From Gemmatimonadales bacterium (lineage in GTDB: Bacteria > Gemmatimonadota > Gemmatimonadetes > Gemmatimonadales > GWC2-71-9): 64,000 nucleotides of DNA. The position numbers and the translations under genes were made by a program. The stretch is from positions 72,152 to 136,151 of the forward strand of contig JBDIWC010000003.1 in the NCBI GenBank assembly GCA_039794085.1, in the 5' to 3' direction. Positions 60,417 to 64,000 of this stretch are shown here, in pieces; the first letter of the stretch is position 1; each line of letters starts with the position of its first letter. The notes under the pieces were generated by a model. The model did not search any database, was not told the origin of the DNA, and saw only the letters and a list, made by a program, of their open reading frames with translations.

Positions 60417-61187
60417 TTCCACCACCTGCCCGTCATACCCCGGTTCGATCCCCGCCGGCAACCGCCCCGCCAGCTCGGCATGCCCGGTCTCGTGGGTCAG
60501 GTGGGTCAGCAGGGTCCGCCGGGCCCCGATGGACTGCGCCGTCTCGATCGCCTCGGGGATGCTCAGGTGAGTCGGGTGGGTTCGCCACCAGAGCGCGTTC
60601 AGCACCAGCACCTCCACGCCCCGGAGCGCGGCCCGCACCGGTTCCGGCACCGCCTTCGCATCGGTCAGGTAGCCCACCGGCCCGACCCGGTAGCCGAACA
60701 CCCGCAGGTTCCCGTGATTCACCTCCAGCGGGAGAACCTCGACCCCCGCCACCCTCGCCGGTGACCCGACCTCGATCGGGTGGAGCGAGAGACTCGGTTT
60801 GCTCGTCCCCTTCACCACGGTGATCGACTCGTCGAAGATGTACCGGTAGGTGGCGCGGATCTGGTCGAGCGTCTCGACCGGTCCATGGAGGGGGAGGGGA
60901 GTGTCCCGTTGCACCGAGAACATCCGGAGGTCGTCGATCCCGGCGATATGATCGGCATGGGCGTGGGTGTAGAGCACGGCATCGACCCGGGTGGTTCTCG
61001 CGGCCACGAGCTGGAGCCGCAGTTCGGGCGGGGTGTCGATCAGGAGAGTGGTCCCGTCCCCCGTCTCCAGCAGTGCCGCACAGCGGGTGCGCCGGTCCCG
61101 CGGATCCTCCGACCGGCACACTCTGCAGGGGCACCCGATCTGGGGAACGCCGAACGAAGTTCCGGTGCCGAGCAACGTGAGAAGCAC
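60411..61187 (-). CDS. MBL-fold metallo-hydrolase (PhnP-like)
   Basis: LGTGTSFGVP..GC.C..C, THAHADHIAG, LTHLTH. Confidence 0.92.
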   Translation of the reverse strand: MLLTLLGTGTSFGVPQIGCPCRVCRSEDPRDRRTRCAALLETGDGTTLLIDTPPELRLQLVAARTTRVDAVLYTHAHADHIAGIDDLRMFSVQRDTPLPLHGPVETLDQIRATYRYIFDESITVVKGTSKPSLSLHPIEVGSPARVAGVEVLPLEVNHGNLRVFGYRVGPVGYLTDAKAVPEPVRAALRGVEVLVLNALWWRTHPTHLSIPEAIETAQSIGARRTLLTHLTHETGHAELAGRLPAGIEPGYDGQVVEV

Positions 61188-61191
61188 TGTG

Positions 61192-62628
61192 TCACACCGT
61201 CTCGATCTTGAGCAGGTTGGTGGTGCCCGCCTGATCGAAGGGGACCCCCGCCGTCACCACGAGTCGGTCTCCCGGCCGGGCGAGTCCGAGCTGCTGGATC
61301 CCGGCGCGGGCCAGGGGGAGCATGTCGTCATAGGTTGGCACCCGGTCCACCAGCACCGGCACCACGCCCCAGACCAGGCTCAACTGCCGCCACGTTTCCC
61401 GTTCCGGGGTCACGGCCAGGATCGGGACCTCGGGGCGGTAGGAGGCCACGGTGCGGGCGGTGAAGCCGCTGCTGGTGAAGCAGACGATGAGGGGGGAGTC
61501 GAGCAGCTGGGCGGCGGCGCTCACCGCCACGGCGATGGCATCCTCGGTGCGGGTGTTGCTGTGCTGCTGGTGATGGAGCCCGACCACGCTCCAGTTCGGG
61601 GTGTCCGCCTCATCCCCCTGACGGTGGCGCTCCACCTCCCGGGCGATGCGGTCCATCGCCCTCACCGACTCGACCGGATACTTCCCGACCGCCGTCTCCG
61701 CCGAGAGCATCACCGCGTCGGTCCCGTCGAGGATCGCATTGGCCACGTCGGACGCCTCGGCGCGGGTGGGCCGGGGGGCGCTCACCATCGACTCGAGCAT
61801 CTGGGTGGCGGTGATGACCGGTTTCCCGTGCAGCTTGGCTTCGCGGATGATCCGCTTCTGGACCATCGGCACCTGCTCGAAGGGGAGCTCGACGCCCAGA
61901 TCACCCCGGGCCACCATGATCGCGTCGGCCGCCTCGAGGATCTCCTCCAGACTGGTGAGGGCGGTGTCCTTCTCGATCTTGGCCACGATCCGGATCCGGC
62001 TTCCCTCGGGCAGGATGGCGCGGAGCCCGGTGATGTCGCTGGCCTGCCGCACGAAGGAGAGCCCGATGTAGTCCACACCCAGTGCCGCGGCGAGGAGCGC
62101 CTCCTCGCGGTCCTTGTCCGTCACGGCCGGGGCGGAGACGGCGACCCCGGGGAGGTTCATCCCCTTGTTGGCCTTGAGGACCCCGCCGTACTGCACCCGG
62201 GCCACCACCTTCCGCCCCGTGGTCTCGATCACTTCGGCCGCGAGGAGTCCGTCGTCGAGGAGGATCCGGGCGCCGGGATGGAGGTCGTCGGCGAGCTCGG
62301 GATAGGTGGTCGGGATCTCGTCGGCCTCCGCCTCCCCGGCGGGGGCAAAGACGATCCGCTGGCCCACATCCAGAGTGATCGGGGCGGGGAGGGCGCCGAC
62401 CCGGATCCGGGGGCCGTGCAGGTCGACGAGAATGGCCGAACTGGCGAGACGGCGGGCCTGGATTTCCTGGAGGGTCCTGATCCAGCTGCTCCTGGCCTCG
62501 GGAGTGCCATGGGAGGCGTTGACGCGAACCACGTTGACCCCGGCATCGAGGAGGGTGGTCATCTGGTGGGGTTCGGACCACGCGGGTCCCAGGGTGGCCA
62601 CGATCTTGGTTCGGCGTACGTCGGTCAC
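61192..62628 (-). CDS. pyk: Pyruvate kinase
   Basis: [42 protein letters not shown]. Confidence 0.97.
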   Translation of the reverse strand: MTDVRRTKIVATLGPAWSEPHQMTTLLDAGVNVVRVNASHGTPEARSSWIRTLQEIQARRLASSAILVDLHGPRIRVGALPAPITLDVGQRIVFAPAGEAEADEIPTTYPELADDLHPGARILLDDGLLAAEVIETTGRKVVARVQYGGVLKANKGMNLPGVAVSAPAVTDKDREEALLAAALGVDYIGLSFVRQASDITGLRAILPEGSRIRIVAKIEKDTALTSLEEILEAADAIMVARGDLGVELPFEQVPMVQKRIIREAKLHGKPVITATQMLESMVSAPRPTRAEASDVANAILDGTDAVMLSAETAVGKYPVESVRAMDRIAREVERHRQGDEADTPNWSVVGLHHQQHSNTRTEDAIAVAVSAAAQLLDSPLIVCFTSSGFTARTVASYRPEVPILAVTPERETWRQLSLVWGVVPVLVDRVPTYDDMLPLARAGIQQLGLARPGDRLVVTAGVPFDQAGTTNLLKIETV

Positions 62629-62681
62629 ACGGGGTCCTTTGAGGGGAGAGGAGCGGGGGGAAAGGTAACGGCACGGAGGTC

Positions 62682-62973
62682 GTCATCGCGAGGCGGCGAA
62701 GCCGCCGTGGCGATCTCGTGCGCGGAGGCCGACGCCGGGACATGGATATGGCCTGCCTTCATGCCGGAGTCCGGGCGGGGAGGGTTTCGGTGGGATGGCC
62801 CGCCCTGTGTCTCGTCAGGTTGGCATGGGCTCACGGGATCGCCACGGGCCCTCCGGGCCCTCGCGATGACGGCCCCTCCCCCCTCCCTTCGGGCCCTGGC
62901 GATAACGCCGCACGCGGCGCCCCTACGGGTCCATGCACCGTCCGGGGAAGGGCGCCGCACGCGTCGCCCCTAC
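62682..62973. repeat. GTCATCGCGAG-family doublet plus inverse GTAG REP remnants
   Basis: GTCATCGCGAG at 62682 and CTCGCGATGAC ending 62870 (189 bp); ...GTCGCCCCTAC ending 62973. Confidence 0.88.
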
Positions 62974-62985
62974 TATACTTGTCAC

Positions 62986-63831
62986 ATGACTGGATCTGGT
63001 GACATCCCCGTGGCTCCCCCTGCGGGCCGGACGGTGGCCGAGCGGTTTGCCAAGCGGGTCGAGTTCAACGTGCCGGGGCACGGAAACCCGAAGCTGGCGC
63101 GGTTCATCGAGCGGGTCAACGCCGACGACGATCTCTACTCCCTCTGGCTCGCCGCCAATGTGAACGCCATGGAACGGCTGGGCATGACCGACCACGGGCC
63201 GGTGCATGTCAAGATCGTGATGAACCTGGCCAACAAGCTCTATCGGCTCCTGGTGGATGGCGGGATCGTGCCGGGGGTGGTGACCCATTGGGGAATGGAG
63301 GTCGCCGATGGGGAGCTGGTGGTGGCGGCGGGGGCCCTCCTGCACGACATCGGGATGTCGATCCACCGGTCGGAGCACGAGAGCTACTCCCTCTTCCTGG
63401 CCGATCGGAAGCTCCAGACCCTCCTGGAAGGAATCTACGAGCCCCGGGAGGCCACGGTCATCCGGTCCGAGGTGCTGCACGCCATCATTGCCCACCGGTC
63501 GGGGGGGAAGCCCCTCACGATGGAGGCGGGAGTTGTCCGCGTAGCCGATGCCCTCGACATGGCCAAGGGCCGCTCCCGGATTCCCTTCGCCGCCGGCTCC
63601 TCCAGCATCCACTCCATCTCCGCCGCTGCCGTGGACGGAGTGGTGCTCCAGAAGGGGGAACGGAAACCGGTCCACCTCTGCGTCGAACTCTCCAACTCCG
63701 CCGGGGTGTTCCAGCTCGATCAGCTCTTCCGGGACAAACTGATCGGCAGCGGCCTGGAGGCCCACATCGAGATGGAGGCCAAGATCCTCGGCGAGGAGAA
63801 GCAGCTCGTCAAGGAGTTTCGGATCCTGTGA
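62986..63831 (+). CDS. HD-domain phosphohydrolase (COG3294-like)
   Basis: DHGPVH, LLHDIG, ADALDM; real part is the 3' end of ORF 60991..63831. Confidence 0.85.
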   Translation: MTGSGDIPVAPPAGRTVAERFAKRVEFNVPGHGNPKLARFIERVNADDDLYSLWLAANVNAMERLGMTDHGPVHVKIVMNLANKLYRLLVDGGIVPGVVTHWGMEVADGELVVAAGALLHDIGMSIHRSEHESYSLFLADRKLQTLLEGIYEPREATVIRSEVLHAIIAHRSGGKPLTMEAGVVRVADALDMAKGRSRIPFAAGSSSIHSISAAAVDGVVLQKGERKPVHLCVELSNSAGVFQLDQLFRDKLIGSGLEAHIEMEAKILGEEKQLVKEFRIL

Positions 63832-64000
63832 GAACGAGGACATAGGACATAGTCCCTTACGGACAAGATTGAGCACAAAACGGCAACAATATTTGGGGCG
63901 CCCCCCGGACACCCGCTCCGGCCGTGCGTGTGACGGCGTCTGTGACGGCATCCCACTTGGGGCTCTTCAGGGTTTCGCGTGGGTGAGAGACACGTCGATC

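Noticed and set aside
60991..62985. N-terminal two-thirds of the 946-aa ORF as a fusion to the HD domain
   Set aside because: Antisense to pyk and runs through repeats; the real gene starts at ATG 62986.
63930..63950. GTGACGGC direct repeat as an integrase arm site or island boundary
   Set aside because: Only 8 bp, at the window edge, with no integrase or tRNA visible.

Overview
High-GC bacterial chromosomal window, most likely Gemmatimonadota (inferred from gene style such as the GWxTD protein and 6-bladed propeller lipoprotein, not from a marker search). Housekeeping genes include the rplO end-secY-adk-map run, trpS, purA, priA, class II RNR nrdJ, ispG and pyk. Other modules are a minor-pilin cluster, a degenerate PilT paralog, a coupled operon with a ubiquitin-like protein and a deacetylase, a murQ-anmK-nagZ-SSS recycling operon, a kinase/PP2C/FHA-protease module, a large Ig-like surface lipoprotein and a VapBC pair. 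The most striking signal is non-coding: intergenic DNA is packed with several palindromic REP-like families and 7-bp/9-bp tandem tracts, often nested. Two candidate mobilisers sit among their repeats: a small GIY-YIG nuclease gene inside the densest cluster of GTCATCGCGAG repeats (47905-49090) and an HUH/Y1 transposase between inverted GTAG-type REPs (58623-59271). A secreted S1 protease has a 7-bp repeat tract that puts its best start codon out of frame, a candidate phase-variation switch. No rRNA, tRNA or CRISPR array was seen. All calls come from reading motifs by eye; no database searches were run.
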